Positions 45,321-54,912 of a stretch of DNA of 64,000 nucleotides are shown here, one piece after another. The stretch's first letter is position 1, and every line of letters starts with the position of its first letter. Below the pieces are notes generated by a model that did not search any database, was not told where the DNA came from, and worked only from the letters and a program-made list of their open reading frames with translations. The position numbers and the translations under genes are program-made. Source of the stretch: a virus. Lineage: Duplodnaviria; Caudoviricetes. The DNA lies in IMG/VR virus record IMGVR_UViG_3300025389_001063; one strand, written 5' to 3'.

Positions 45321-45902
45321 ATGAATACACACATACTTGCAATCCACGGTGCTTATAGTTCACCATTTATTTTTAACTACTTACAAAAGCAGTTACCAAA
45401 GTCTTACAAGTGGCAATTCTTTGATTACAGAGATAATCCAGAAGGACATATGGGTCCACTTATTGATCAACTACAAAAGTGTATGGTCAACGAGTGCCAC
45501 GTAATTGGACATTCGATGGGAGGACTACTTTCTCTTTGGTTAGGTGAAAATCTAGCAGTAAAATCAATAACAACAATAGCAACACCACTAGATGGATTAG
45601 ATGTAAATTTATTACAATCAATGATGACCCGCAGTCCATTTATTAAAGAAATGGCACATGGTAGCAAGTTTATAAAATTCATACACAATCAATCATTCCT
45701 AATGCCAGTTCAACATATAGTTTCAACTAAAGGTTATAATCCATATATCTATGAAGAAAGCGATGGCGTTGTAACTATGCGTTCACAGCGTGGATGGAAT
45801 ATTGGCGAGATTCACGACATTCCTGCTAACCATGCCGAAATTATGATGCATGAAGATACTGTAAAGTTGGTAAAGACCTTTATTGACACAAACAACGAAT
45901 AA
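45321..45902 (+). CDS. alpha/beta hydrolase
   Basis: IHGA, VIGHSMGG (GxSxG), TIATP, SDGVV, NH. Confidence 0.85.
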   Translation: MNTHILAIHGAYSSPFIFNYLQKQLPKSYKWQFFDYRDNPEGHMGPLIDQLQKCMVNECHVIGHSMGGLLSLWLGENLAVKSITTIATPLDGLDVNLLQSMMTRSPFIKEMAHGSKFIKFIHNQSFLMPVQHIVSTKGYNPYIYEESDGVVTMRSQRGWNIGEIHDIPANHAEIMMHEDTVKLVKTFIDTNNE

Positions 45903-45916
45903 TACTATAATGTATT

Positions 45917-46477
45917 ATGATCATTAAAGAACGTGATGTAATGGTGGACATCGAAACACTTGCCACCGGTCCAAACGCTGTCATCCTTACAATTGGTGCT
46001 TTAAGATTTGACCCATATGGAGATGATCGTGATCGCAATGTTAAAAACATGCCTCATTTTTATTGTCGGGTTGATCCTGAAAGTTTTGATTATCCAGAGG
46101 CTGAAATCAACAATGAAACCTTAGCATGGTGGAGTAAACAACCTCCTGAAATACAACACGAAGCATTTGGTGAAGGTGTTGAACGTTTACCTATCAAAGA
46201 AGCATTAACACAATTCTTTGATTTTTGTAGACCACTAGATAGAATTTGGGCAAATGGTCCTGCCTTTGATATTATTATTTTAGAAACTGCTGCTAAACAT
46301 GCCGGAGTGCCTGTACCTTGGAATTTCTGGCAGGCTCGAGATTGTAGAACCGTATTTCGCTTAAATCCACAAAGAGATCAAAAATCAAATAACCATAATG
46401 CCTTAGACGATTGCTGGGTACAGACCTATAAATTACAGCAATGTTTAAAGGCATTAAATGTAACAAAGATGGACTAA
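45917..46477 (+). CDS. DEDDh 3'-5' exonuclease (DUF5051/Rv2179c-like)
   Basis: MVDIETL.T...ILTIGA, WANG..FD, PW..W..RD.RT, HNALDD. Confidence 0.85.
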   Translation: MIIKERDVMVDIETLATGPNAVILTIGALRFDPYGDDRDRNVKNMPHFYCRVDPESFDYPEAEINNETLAWWSKQPPEIQHEAFGEGVERLPIKEALTQFFDFCRPLDRIWANGPAFDIIILETAAKHAGVPVPWNFWQARDCRTVFRLNPQRDQKSNNHNALDDCWVQTYKLQQCLKALNVTKMD

Positions 46478-46494
46478 ATATCTAAGAGGAGCCT

Positions 46495-46677
46495 ATGGAA
46501 ACCTTTGAATTAAATGAGAATCACCAATTAGTAATATGTTTAATAATGCTTTGTAAAATGACAAAACATACTGACCCAGCGGCATATGCACAATACAAAG
46601 CACATTTAAAACTATTAGAAGAAGCAATGATGAAGGAATTTGACGATGAGAATGTGGGAAATACACGCTGCCATTAA
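46495..46677 (+). CDS. hypothetical protein
   Basis: TAAATA and AGGAG RBS. Confidence 0.5.
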   Translation: METFELNENHQLVICLIMLCKMTKHTDPAAYAQYKAHLKLLEEAMMKEFDDENVGNTRCH

Positions 46678-46855
46678 GCAAGCAGGAAACCAAAGAATCG
46701 TCAATATTCAAGTTCAAGCACCAAATCAAATTGTGGCTAAAGAATTAGCCAAGGCCCAATACGCCGGCTCAGATGTAGTTTTAAGAGGTACTCCTAGAGA
46801 AGTTAAACCTCTTAAAACAAATCAAAAAAACGATCCTCGACAATTTAAAAAATAA
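46646..46855 (+). CDS. conserved small phage protein
   Basis: V.VQA.N...AK.LA.AQY pattern. Confidence 0.55.
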   Translation: MRMWEIHAAIKQAGNQRIVNIQVQAPNQIVAKELAKAQYAGSDVVLRGTPREVKPLKTNQKNDPRQFKK

Positions 46856-46863
46856 ATTAATAT

Positions 46864-47253
46864 ATGATTGGTTGGATTATTCTCTCATTTGCTATCGGCA
46901 TGGCTGTTGGCATGTATCTATTAATATCAGACTATTGGTTGAACGTTGTCTTAGTTCTTGACTACGTGTATGAAAAGATAGTATTATTTTCTAAGAGATG
47001 GAGAAAGAGTATGTCTTTTAAACAAATCTATGGTGACGATCAAATTTATGTTTCTACAAATGATATATATGGTGGACAAGAATTAAGAATTACTATGAAT
47101 TCCATATCTAAAGAAAATCTAAATTGGTTACAGAATTTTAGAATGGAACACGAAAAAGAAAAGAAACTTCGTGAAGAAAATATCGCAGTAAAGAATGCCT
47201 GGGAACAATATCAAGTTGTTAAAACATTAGCACAAAAGGAAACAGTGGGATGA
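46864..47253 (+). CDS. membrane-anchored hypothetical protein
   Basis: N-terminal TM; AVK.AWEQYQ.V..L. Confidence 0.55.
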   Translation: MIGWIILSFAIGMAVGMYLLISDYWLNVVLVLDYVYEKIVLFSKRWRKSMSFKQIYGDDQIYVSTNDIYGGQELRITMNSISKENLNWLQNFRMEHEKEKKLREENIAVKNAWEQYQVVKTLAQKETVG

Positions 47254-47489
47254 GTGAAAGACTCTTTGATAAGTTTATCGAATCTCTAGAAGAACTTATT
47301 GATACACAAGACGATATGTGGGAAGAAGAGAAACATGAGAATGTTCATGCTCGCCGTAAAATATATGAGGAAAGATTTATTCCAGCAAGAGACAAATTAA
47401 AAAGAACACTAGATGATTATATCGATGAAAGAATATTAAAAGGTCTTCAGAAACACGGAGTAAGAAGAACTTATACCAATCCTGAATAA
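47250..47489 (+). CDS. hypothetical protein
   Basis: coupled ORF. Confidence 0.55.
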   Translation: MSERLFDKFIESLEELIDTQDDMWEEEKHENVHARRKIYEERFIPARDKLKRTLDDYIDERILKGLQKHGVRRTYTNPE

Positions 47490-47538
47490 CCTTTTTTATA
47501 ATCTGGATATATAATGATGTCAACATTAGGATCCAGAC

Positions 47539-47937
47539 ATGAAGAAGATTTTAATAGCAATAGCACTTTTAATTTCAACTCCAGTATACGCAACACAGAT
47601 TGTAGTAGATAAAAGAACACAAACAATGTATGTAGATAGTCCAGAAGGAACATTTACATGGAAAGTATCGACAGCAAGGAAAGGTTATAGGACACCAAGT
47701 GGAACTTTTTATCCTTATTCGCTCCAGCCTATGCATTATAGTAAAAAGTATGATAATGCTCCCATGCCTCACAGTATCTTTTTTAATGGCGGTTATGCTA
47801 TACATGCTACTCCTCATGTGGGTGCTTTGGGTCGGCCTGCTAGTCATGGTTGCGTACGTCTATCACCTGCTAATGCCCGGACGCTATACGGAATAGTAAA
47901 GCGTGATATAGGTTACACAACAATCCATATACAATAG
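47539..47937 (+). CDS. L,D-transpeptidase (YkuD family, Rhizobiales short type)
   Basis: signal peptide; VSTARKG..TP.G; MH.SKKYDNAPMPHSIFF.GG.AIHAT...LG.PASHGCVRL. Confidence 0.93.
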   Translation: MKKILIAIALLISTPVYATQIVVDKRTQTMYVDSPEGTFTWKVSTARKGYRTPSGTFYPYSLQPMHYSKKYDNAPMPHSIFFNGGYAIHATPHVGALGRPASHGCVRLSPANARTLYGIVKRDIGYTTIHIQ

Positions 47938-47978
47938 GTTGACACTGTTCATTAAGTAAAGTAATATAAGAACATGAT

Positions 47979-48054
47979 GGGGGATTAGCTCAGTTGGGAG
48001 AGCGACTGATTTGCATTCAGTAGGTCATCGGTTCGATCCCGGTATCCTCCACCA
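47979..48054 (+). tRNA. trnA: tRNA-Ala(TGC)
   Basis: cloverleaf, G3:U70 pair, loop TT-TGC-AT, encoded CCA. Confidence 0.95.
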
Positions 48055-48057
48055 TAT

Positions 48058-48136
48058 CGGAGTATAGCGCAGCCTGGTTTAGCGCATCTGCTTTGGGAGC
48101 AGAGGGTCGCAAGTTCGAATCTTGCTACTCCGACCA
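48058..48136 (+). tRNA. trnP: tRNA-Pro(TGG)
   Basis: CGGAGTA/TACTCCG, loop TT-TGG-GA, encoded CCA. Confidence 0.95.
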
Positions 48137-48152
48137 ACATAAAGGAAAGAAA

Positions 48153-48413
48153 ATGAGAGCAAGTCATATATTAGTTGATTCATTAGAACAGGCACAAGCA
48201 ATTCTTGCAGAAGCAAATGCTTTGAATTTTGGATCACTAGCACAGCAACATAGTAAGTGTCCAAGTAAGGCTCAAGGCGGCGACTTAGGTGATTTTGGTC
48301 CCGGTATGATGGTTAAACCATTTGAAGATGCTACAGTAGCAACTCCTGTTGGATCTATCAGCGAACCAGTACAAACACAGTTTGGATATCATTTAATTCA
48401 TCGTACAGGTTAA
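48153..48413 (+). CDS. ppiC: parvulin-type peptidyl-prolyl isomerase
   Basis: ASHILV, LA..HS.CPS...GGDLG.F..G.MV.PFE, PV.TQFGYHLI. Confidence 0.93.
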   Translation: MRASHILVDSLEQAQAILAEANALNFGSLAQQHSKCPSKAQGGDLGDFGPGMMVKPFEDATVATPVGSISEPVQTQFGYHLIHRTG

Positions 48414-48539
48414 TTATTATGAATAAAGATGAATTAAAAGGACCACATTGGACTGTATTACTTGTTATTCTTTGTGTTATGGCAATAGCAAGTTATTTTG
48501 CCTTTGCTACAGGACTTATAGGTAATATAACAATAGTAC

Positions 48540-48860
48540 CTAGCGAATAAGTTTTTCTCTTACAAGGTGTTCTAATAATGGATCATCTTCATATCTTATG
48601 AGAGCAAAGTCGACATGATTAATTGCTTTCTCTAAAGGAATGTCAAACCATTCACCGTTTAATCTATATCTATCAAGGTGTTTATGAATGACAGATTCTA
48701 ATAGTTTTGTTTTTTTAGAATCTGTTTTTCGAAGTTCTATTATTTTTAATTTGTGAGGATGTCCAGTTTGTAGATTCTTTAATCTACGTTCTGGATTCTT
48801 GCTTATTCCAATTTTGTATGGAGGATTTTCTGATCCAATTATATAGATATAACTTGACAT
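48540..48860 (-). CDS. GIY-YIG (T5orf172/MUG113-like) protein
   Basis: YIYII...YKIGIS.NP..RL..LQTG...E..IH...GEWF. Confidence 0.85.
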   Translation of the reverse strand: MSSYIYIIGSENPPYKIGISKNPERRLKNLQTGHPHKLKIIELRKTDSKKTKLLESVIHKHLDRYRLNGEWFDIPLEKAINHVDFALIRYEDDPLLEHLVREKLIR

Positions 48861-48888
48861 TCGAATACTTATAAGGATATAATACAAC

Positions 48889-49599
48889 ATGCCTACAATG
48901 CGAATCATAATACCTGCAAGAATGAAAAGTATAAGACTTCCTAATAAACCTCTAGCAATGATTGGAGATATAACACTTATCGAAAGAGTTCATCAAAAGG
49001 CTTGTGCTACAGATTATCTTGTTACTGTTTTAACCGATAGTCAAGAACTTAAAGATCAATTTCCTAATTGGGACATAAGATTAACACCAGAAGACTGTGC
49101 TACAGGAACAGACAGAATTGCTAGTGTTGCAGATCAATTTCAAGAAGATATTCTTGTAAACTGTCAAGGTGATTTGCCATTTATTGATTCTTATCAAATT
49201 GTAGATACTGCTATAACTTTGGAAAGAACTAAAGCAGATGTTGCTACATTAGTTCATGATATGGATCTTAATAAATTAGAAGATCCTAATACTGTAAAGG
49301 CAATATGCTGTCAAGTTGCTCCAGACTTAGATCCAAAAATTATGAGAGCACATTGGTTCCTCAGAAGTTCTCTAAAATATGGATATCAACATGTTGGTGT
49401 GTATGCTTATCGTCGAGAATTCTTACAAGTACTTTCTTCTGAAAGAACTCCGCATGAAGTAGCAGAAAATCTTGAACAGTTGAGATTCTTAGAACTTGGA
49501 TATAAAATTGCTGCTCTACATACCGATCCGGTGCCGTTAGAGGTTAATACTCCAGAAGATCTCGAAGCAGCAAATAAATATTTGTATGAGATTTTATGA
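48889..49599 (+). CDS. kdsB: CMP-Kdo synthetase (3-deoxy-manno-octulosonate cytidylyltransferase)
   Basis: IIPARM.S.RLP.KPL, TGTDRI, VN.QGD.PFI, HVGVYAYR, E.LEQLR.L..G, VNTPEDL. Confidence 0.92.
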   Translation: MPTMRIIIPARMKSIRLPNKPLAMIGDITLIERVHQKACATDYLVTVLTDSQELKDQFPNWDIRLTPEDCATGTDRIASVADQFQEDILVNCQGDLPFIDSYQIVDTAITLERTKADVATLVHDMDLNKLEDPNTVKAICCQVAPDLDPKIMRAHWFLRSSLKYGYQHVGVYAYRREFLQVLSSERTPHEVAENLEQLRFLELGYKIAALHTDPVPLEVNTPEDLEAANKYLYEIL

Positions 49600-49828
49600 A
49601 TTTGATATTAAGACAAAGGAATCGGGCCCAGCATCAAGATCCCTTTGTCTAAGTAAAAAACGTCTAGGAGCAAGTGATCAGTCATCTTGTGTAAGCCAAG
49701 GACTTCGTCCACATAAGGGCGAAAAAAGTCATCTTATGGGTACAACAAGAGTTAAAGTTGCTGGTAAAAAGATTAAAGGTAAGAAGTATGGTGGTCCACT
49801 TCCTGATTGGGGTAGCCACAAAAAATAA
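49586..49828 (+). CDS. conserved basic late protein
   Basis: MRFYEF; SCVSQGLR; K.GKKYGGPLPDW; TAAATA 5 nt upstream. Confidence 0.65.
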   Translation: MRFYEFDIKTKESGPASRSLCLSKKRLGASDQSSCVSQGLRPHKGEKSHLMGTTRVKVAGKKIKGKKYGGPLPDWGSHKK

Positions 49829-50725
49829 TCATTCTTTTCTTGCTTTTCTATCAAGGCCGTTTTTACAGATTTCTTTAGAACAAATAACAGGATCTTTAGG
49901 CCACTCAATAGGCATATTATAAATGTTACCTATTACTCCTCCTTCATGACACCACCCTCTAGAAACATTTCCTCTGGGATCAATTACTAAAGTATCAATT
50001 CCTGCATAACAGGTCATATTAGTATAAGAAGATTGTTCTGATGTTTTAATAACTATACCAGTTGGATCAATTGATATATCCTCATTGAATGAATTTTCGA
50101 TTGATTCTTTCATTTTATTAAATTTATACCATTGTCGATGAGTGTAGGGGAGATATGTATTATTTCCTTTTCCAAAATCACTGTAAAGAAGTTGTAAATT
50201 ACCTAAACCGTATTTTCTTCTAAAATATTTTACATACTTAATACCTCTATCAAAAACTTCATCGTGATTTGTAACTGGAAATAAAATTTCCATTTCTACA
50301 GGATGATATTTGTCATTCTCTCTTAATAAAGAAATAACATTTTCTATATGAGATATATCACAAAATTCTTGATGAACAGAAATAATTACTTTTGATAAAA
50401 ATTGTCGAGATTTCTTCCACCAATCTAAACTTGCACTTCCATTTGTTCTAAGAATTAAATTTGTGGGATAGTTGTGTAGACGATTTCCTATATTGGGAAT
50501 TTTTTCATAAAGAGTAGGTTCACCACCTATAAATTCAAATATCACATCTCTTCCTAGAGAATCATAATGTGCAAAAATATCTGTACAAACATTAATGATA
50601 GTTTCGTCATTAGGATAAGGATTATCTCCTCTTTTGAGAAGATCTAAGCAGTAACTACAATTGTAATTACAACTATTACTTAAAACCCATTCTACTATAG
50701 TCTTAGGTCGTTCAAAGTCATCCAT
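49829..50725 (-). CDS. radical SAM protein, paralog of 32063-33013
   Basis: CNYNCSYC; FIGGEPT; CYAG...RGWC...CSKEIC. Confidence 0.88.
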   Translation of the reverse strand: MDDFERPKTIVEWVLSNSCNYNCSYCLDLLKRGDNPYPNDETIINVCTDIFAHYDSLGRDVIFEFIGGEPTLYEKIPNIGNRLHNYPTNLILRTNGSASLDWWKKSRQFLSKVIISVHQEFCDISHIENVISLLRENDKYHPVEMEILFPVTNHDEVFDRGIKYVKYFRRKYGLGNLQLLYSDFGKGNNTYLPYTHRQWYKFNKMKESIENSFNEDISIDPTGIVIKTSEQSSYTNMTCYAGIDTLVIDPRGNVSRGWCHEGGVIGNIYNMPIEWPKDPVICSKEICKNGLDRKARKE

Positions 50726-51230
50726 CTAAATAATTTAGCCAACTTTCGTGAGGAACTTGCCATTCCTTCTTTTTACGATTGTTAGCCAGCATCCAGTAAT
50801 TTGGCATTTCTGGATCTATCTTTGGACGAATTTTAGCATTATTGCCTTTGCTATTATTACAAGGATAACATGCTGTAACAACATTATGCCAAGTTGTTTT
50901 ACCACCCTTAGATACAGGAACAACGTGGTCAATTGTACATTGTTTAACTGTTAAATTGTCTCCACAATATTGACAAGTGTAGTTGTCGCGTAGAAAAACC
51001 CATCTACGATTAAATCTTACACGGGACTTTGGTTGCCAATATTCATTGAGCATAATAACTGCGGGTACTTTAATAGTATGATTGGGAGAATGTATCTCCC
51101 AATTATCATATTCGTGTAGTACCTTAACTTTATCTAACCAAATATATCGTATTGCACTTTGCCAATCTATTGCCGACAATGGAACTAAATTCATAGGTTG
51201 TGCGTCAGCATTTAACAATAATGTATTCAC
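50718..51230 (-). CDS. McrA-like HNH endonuclease
   Basis: LLLNAD..P; RDNYTCQYCG...TIDHVVP.SKGG.T.W.N.V.AC..CN..K. Confidence 0.9.
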   Translation of the reverse strand: MNTLLLNADAQPMNLVPLSAIDWQSAIRYIWLDKVKVLHEYDNWEIHSPNHTIKVPAVIMLNEYWQPKSRVRFNRRWVFLRDNYTCQYCGDNLTVKQCTIDHVVPVSKGGKTTWHNVVTACYPCNNSKGNNAKIRPKIDPEMPNYWMLANNRKKKEWQVPHESWLNYLDG

Positions 51231-51275
51231 ATCAAACCTCTATACTAAATAGTATGTCAACCATAGGAGACTCTG

Positions 51276-51947
51276 GTGTATTTACAGAACAAATATACCA
51301 CTTGGTATTATTTAATAATAGCACAGGCCCAGAAAAGAATCAACCTGCCTATTTTCGTTGAGAAACATCATATCATTCCAAAATCATTAGGTGGTAATAA
51401 TAGTGATGACAATTTGGTTAGATTAACACCGAGAGAGCACTTTGTTTGTCATCTTCTCTTAACGAAAATGGTTACAGGTGATGCCCAAAGAAAAATGTGG
51501 TTTGCTTCTTATTTAATGATGCGAGGAACAAAAAGATATAAACCTTCTGGAAGATTATATGAGATTCTTAAACAGAAAATGATACAATCACTTAAAGAAA
51601 GACCTGGACCAAATTTAGGAAAAAAACTTTCTGAAGAACATAAGAAGAAACTTAGTTTAGCACAAAAGGGAATTCCTAAAGGACCAATGTCTGAAGAGCA
51701 TAGAGAGAAACTAAGAAAACCTAAAACAGAAGAGCATAAGAAGAAACTATCAGAAGTAAGATTAGGTAAATCTTGGGGACATAAACATTCGGAAGAAACT
51801 AAACAAAAAATGTCTAATTGGCAAAGGGGTATTCCTAAACCTAAAGTAACATGTGAGCATTGTGGGAAAGAATTGTCACTAATGAATTATAAAAAATGGC
51901 ATGGAGATAAATGTGTCAACTGCGGCGGTAAGAGTCATGTAAAATGA
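51276..51947 (+). mobile_element. HNH/NUMOD3 homing endonuclease
   Basis: NKYTTWY; EKHHIIPKSLGG.N..DNLV.LTPREH; SEEHK repeats; C-terminal CxxC. Confidence 0.88.
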
Positions 51948-52437
51948 TCATGCCTTCGGGCAATTGTCTTCGGGCTGTGTAGGATCCATTTTCTGCTAGC
52001 CAAATTATTTCTGAAAGTTGTTTAGGACGAGAATTTAATGCTTCTTCTACAAAGTCTCGGAGAAATTCAAAAGTATCTCCGATTCTTCTAAAAAGATTAT
52101 CATTAATCGCATCGCTATAATCATAATAACTGTGACTTCCCATAGAAGTATAATATCTTAAACTAATACCTTTTCTACGAGCATACATTGGACAAAAACT
52201 TGTGAGGAATAAGCAATCCTCAGCAAGCCATCTTGAACGGTGAACAGATTCACCTGTTTTCTTTATTTCGTCTAAAGTAAGGATAAATGATTTTTCTGGA
52301 GGAAAGCCCTTTTTCTCCACATAGTCTGCTAAAAAGTAAACCAAGTATGCTTCTATGTCGCCTTCGAGTTCATACCCATGTTTTTCACTGGTATATTTTA
52401 CAACATCATAGAAGGCCGAAACATAGGCTCTTTCCAT
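51916..52437 (-). CDS. conserved hypothetical protein
   Basis: IEAYLV..LA; L.EDCLF; YY..MG..SY; start MERAY. Confidence 0.6.
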   Translation of the reverse strand: MERAYVSAFYDVVKYTSEKHGYELEGDIEAYLVYFLADYVEKKGFPPEKSFILTLDEIKKTGESVHRSRWLAEDCLFLTSFCPMYARRKGISLRYYTSMGSHSYYDYSDAINDNLFRRIGDTFEFLRDFVEEALNSRPKQLSEIIWLAENGSYTARRQLPEGMIILHDSYRRS

Positions 52438-52533
52438 ATTGTATTTAATAGAAAAGCCAGAACAAGTCTGGCTTTTCACTGGTTTTCTAAAAATTATTTG
52501 CGCTATGCGCTTCAATATAATTGTTTGATAAAT

Positions 52534-52812
52534 TTACTTTTTCATGTTCACAAAATCGTAGAACATTTGTGCTGTTTTAAGGATTTGATCGGCTCCTGGA
52601 ATCTGTGGAGCTTCAACAGTAGTAACGACTTGGTCGCCATCTTTCTTAACAGTTAATTCAAACTGTCCCCACTTAGCCTGGTAGTCATTCCAGAGCTGAG
52701 TCTGTGCCATTTCTAATAGTTGAGTTCTTATCTCGTAGCCATTTTTCGAAAATTTAACTTCTGGGATATACTTGTTCATCTCTGTGGTCTTTTCTTCGGT
52801 ATATTTAAACAT
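52534..52812 (-). CDS. conserved phage hypothetical protein
   Basis: KNGYEIR..LLEMA; A..FY.FV; TAAATA and AGGAG. Confidence 0.7.
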   Translation of the reverse strand: MFKYTEEKTTEMNKYIPEVKFSKNGYEIRTQLLEMAQTQLWNDYQAKWGQFELTVKKDGDQVVTTVEAPQIPGADQILKTAQMFYDFVNMKK

Positions 52813-52859
52813 TTTGTTTTCTCCTGTGTGTGTATGATGTTTATTTATAACAGATAAAA

Positions 52860-53450
52860 CTATGCTTGTAAATCTTTTTTTCTATTCTTTGCTGCCAAAC
52901 TTAATTTTTCTCGGTGTTCATCACTAAAAGTTATTCCTTTTCTTGATTCTGATATTTTCTTCTTTGTTTCTTCAGACCTTTTACTTCCTTTAACTGCTCC
53001 GCCTACTATATTAGTCTTAGATGCTAGACTCATTTTCTGCTTTGTTTCTTTTGATACTATTTTTCCTTTATGGGCTCTACTTATAGCCTCTCTATGTTGA
53101 TCAGTTCTTCCAATAAGTTTATGTGCTTCAGAAAGTTGTATTCGTAGAATTTCAAACATTCTTGAGCACGGAACATATCTATCCATTGATTTAGTTTTTC
53201 TGTTCATCATAGAATTTAAGGCAAATATCATCTTACTTTTATTTTTATCAGATGTTATTCTAACTAATAACAAATGGCATATAAAGTGTTCTCTTGCGGT
53301 TAAGACAGCAAGATTATCTGCGTCATTTGTTCCGCCTAATGATCTTGGAATGATATGATGTTTTTCTTTATACCCTTCTAACTTTCGGGTCTTTGCTCTA
53401 TTACAAATGTCTTGATAAATTTTGAGATATTTGTTATCAATAAATATCAT
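52860..53450 (-). mobile_element. HNH/NUMOD3 homing endonuclease
   Basis: NKY..IY; EKHHIIPRSLGG.N..DNL..LT.REH..CH.LL; SKETK/SEETK repeats. Confidence 0.88.
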
Positions 53451-53451
53451 T

Positions 53452-53518
53452 GCTGTTGCCCCTTGTAAGCAATAGAGTAGTTGGGAATTGGCGTTCCGTG
53501 AACTACACTCATATTTAT
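53452..53518 (-). repeat. conserved structured 5' leader of HNH gene, copy 2
   Basis: homolog of 42452-42518 with the 6-nt loop reverse-complemented. Confidence 0.85.
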
Positions 53519-53573
53519 ACCAGAGGAGTAATAGCTTTAGTTTTCTTTCGGATCAGTATATGTTAAATACTTA

Positions 53574-53870
53574 ATGAAAAGACAAACAAGATCAATACTA
53601 CAGGAACTAAACTCTTATGCTACTAAAAAAGATGTCGAGTTAATTGTAGAAAGCAGAGCATTACATGTTATCAATGGTGCTATTAATATCCTAGATATGG
53701 TTAGAGAAAACTTTCCAGAAGAAGTTGCTCTTGATCTTGAACGCCGCTTAATCAATAGTATACGCGGCAGTGATCCTGATAAATTCCGTCGAGGTATTCG
53801 TAAAATACAAGAATCAAAGAGAGCAGGAACACGCCTTGCTCGACTAGATGACCCCAATTCTGACTCTTAA
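53574..53870 (+). CDS. conserved late protein
   Basis: MKRQTRSILQEL...IN.IR..DP.KF.RGI; TAAATA 4 nt upstream. Confidence 0.7.
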   Translation: MKRQTRSILQELNSYATKKDVELIVESRALHVINGAINILDMVRENFPEEVALDLERRLINSIRGSDPDKFRRGIRKIQESKRAGTRLARLDDPNSDS

Positions 53871-53947
53871 CAATTGAATATTTTTTCAAATGATAAATAA
53901 TTGTAACGAGGTCTAGATAGTCCTCGACATTTTTTAGGAGAAATAAT

Positions 53948-54463
53948 ATGGCCGATCTATACGGTACAACAGTTGCAGCTAATGCTGCTAAGATTACAAC
54001 AGGCGTTACAGTAACAGGTCCTGCTCTTTATATGTACGAAGTAGACTTCAAAATTGCAGTCAATCAGGCTGACGGTTCACGTGAAGTAACTTGGTTACTT
54101 TACAACATCAGTGAGCAACTTGGATATACTCCAGTTGTACTCGGAACACTTGGTGCAGTTGCTTACAATCAAAGCGGTGGTGCTGGTACTGCAAATGGTA
54201 CAATCCGTTTTGCTATCGAAGCAAAAGGTTCAGAAGTTCTTTCAGTAGACTCTGCTACTAATCACAGTTATGTATGGTCAGGTGCAACAACTGAGCCAAC
54301 TGTAAATTACTTATTACCAAATGGTACTGCTGGTTCAGCAGTTTTCTCAACTGCTCTTCAGACATACCTAAGAACTTTTACTGCTTGGGCTTACACTGAT
54401 GATTCAGGTGCAGCACAGACAGCTAATCTTTCAAGTGCAACTGTTACAGCATTCACTTTCTAA
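53948..54463 (+). CDS. putative virion structural protein
   Basis: Ala/Thr/Gly-rich, highly biased codons, TAAATA, AGGAG RBS, own terminator. Confidence 0.6.
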   Translation: MADLYGTTVAANAAKITTGVTVTGPALYMYEVDFKIAVNQADGSREVTWLLYNISEQLGYTPVVLGTLGAVAYNQSGGAGTANGTIRFAIEAKGSEVLSVDSATNHSYVWSGATTEPTVNYLLPNGTAGSAVFSTALQTYLRTFTAWAYTDDSGAAQTANLSSATVTAFTF

Positions 54464-54485
54464 TTAAAAGAGAATATTAATTAAG

Positions 54486-54513
54486 AAGGGTGGTTTTTAT
54501 ACCACCCTTTTTT
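54486..54513 (+). terminator. intrinsic terminator
   Basis: AAGGGTGGT / ACCACCCTT stem followed by a T-run. Confidence 0.8.
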
Positions 54514-54531
54514 ATTGACATAATTATAATA

Positions 54532-54912
54532 ATGCAACGGTTTCGAATTACTACTCTTGTTGATATCACACGAACATTAGTATTCAATGAATATTTAGAC
54601 CCACTAAAGAAAAAACAACAAGATAACTTTAATACTCTTCATCAAACACTTGAAATGAGAGCAAATATTTTTACGGAGAAAAATCCTGAAAGAAAGATAA
54701 TTAATTGGAATGGTAAAAAACAATTAACTTGGGTGTGGGAATTTTATATTGAACGTGATGATATTTTTTTAAAAGATAATGATCCTGCTGGATTGATGAA
54801 ACAAGACATAGAATATGTACCTTTTATAAATGATTGTGAAGAAACTGCGAAATTTAAAAATTGTTTTTTCTCAATTAATAAAAATATTAGGGTTGAATTT
54901 ATTAGTACTTAA
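54532..54912 (+). CDS. conserved jumbo-phage protein
   Basis: F...TLVDIT...QQ.NF.TL.Q....R; W...F..E..D...VP. Confidence 0.7.
   Translation: MQRFRITTLVDITRTLVFNEYLDPLKKKQQDNFNTLHQTLEMRANIFTEKNPERKIINWNGKKQLTWVWEFYIERDDIFLKDNDPAGLMKQDIEYVPFINDCEETAKFKNCFFSINKNIRVEFIST

Larger units (their letters stand above)
22758..47944 (+). promoter_or_regulatory. sigma70-like promoters on the + strand
   Basis: TTGAC(A/T) at 22758, 24072, 33996, 34317, 34765, 35097, 41088, 42531, 43909, 45883 and 47939 with TA-rich -10 elements. Confidence 0.65.
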
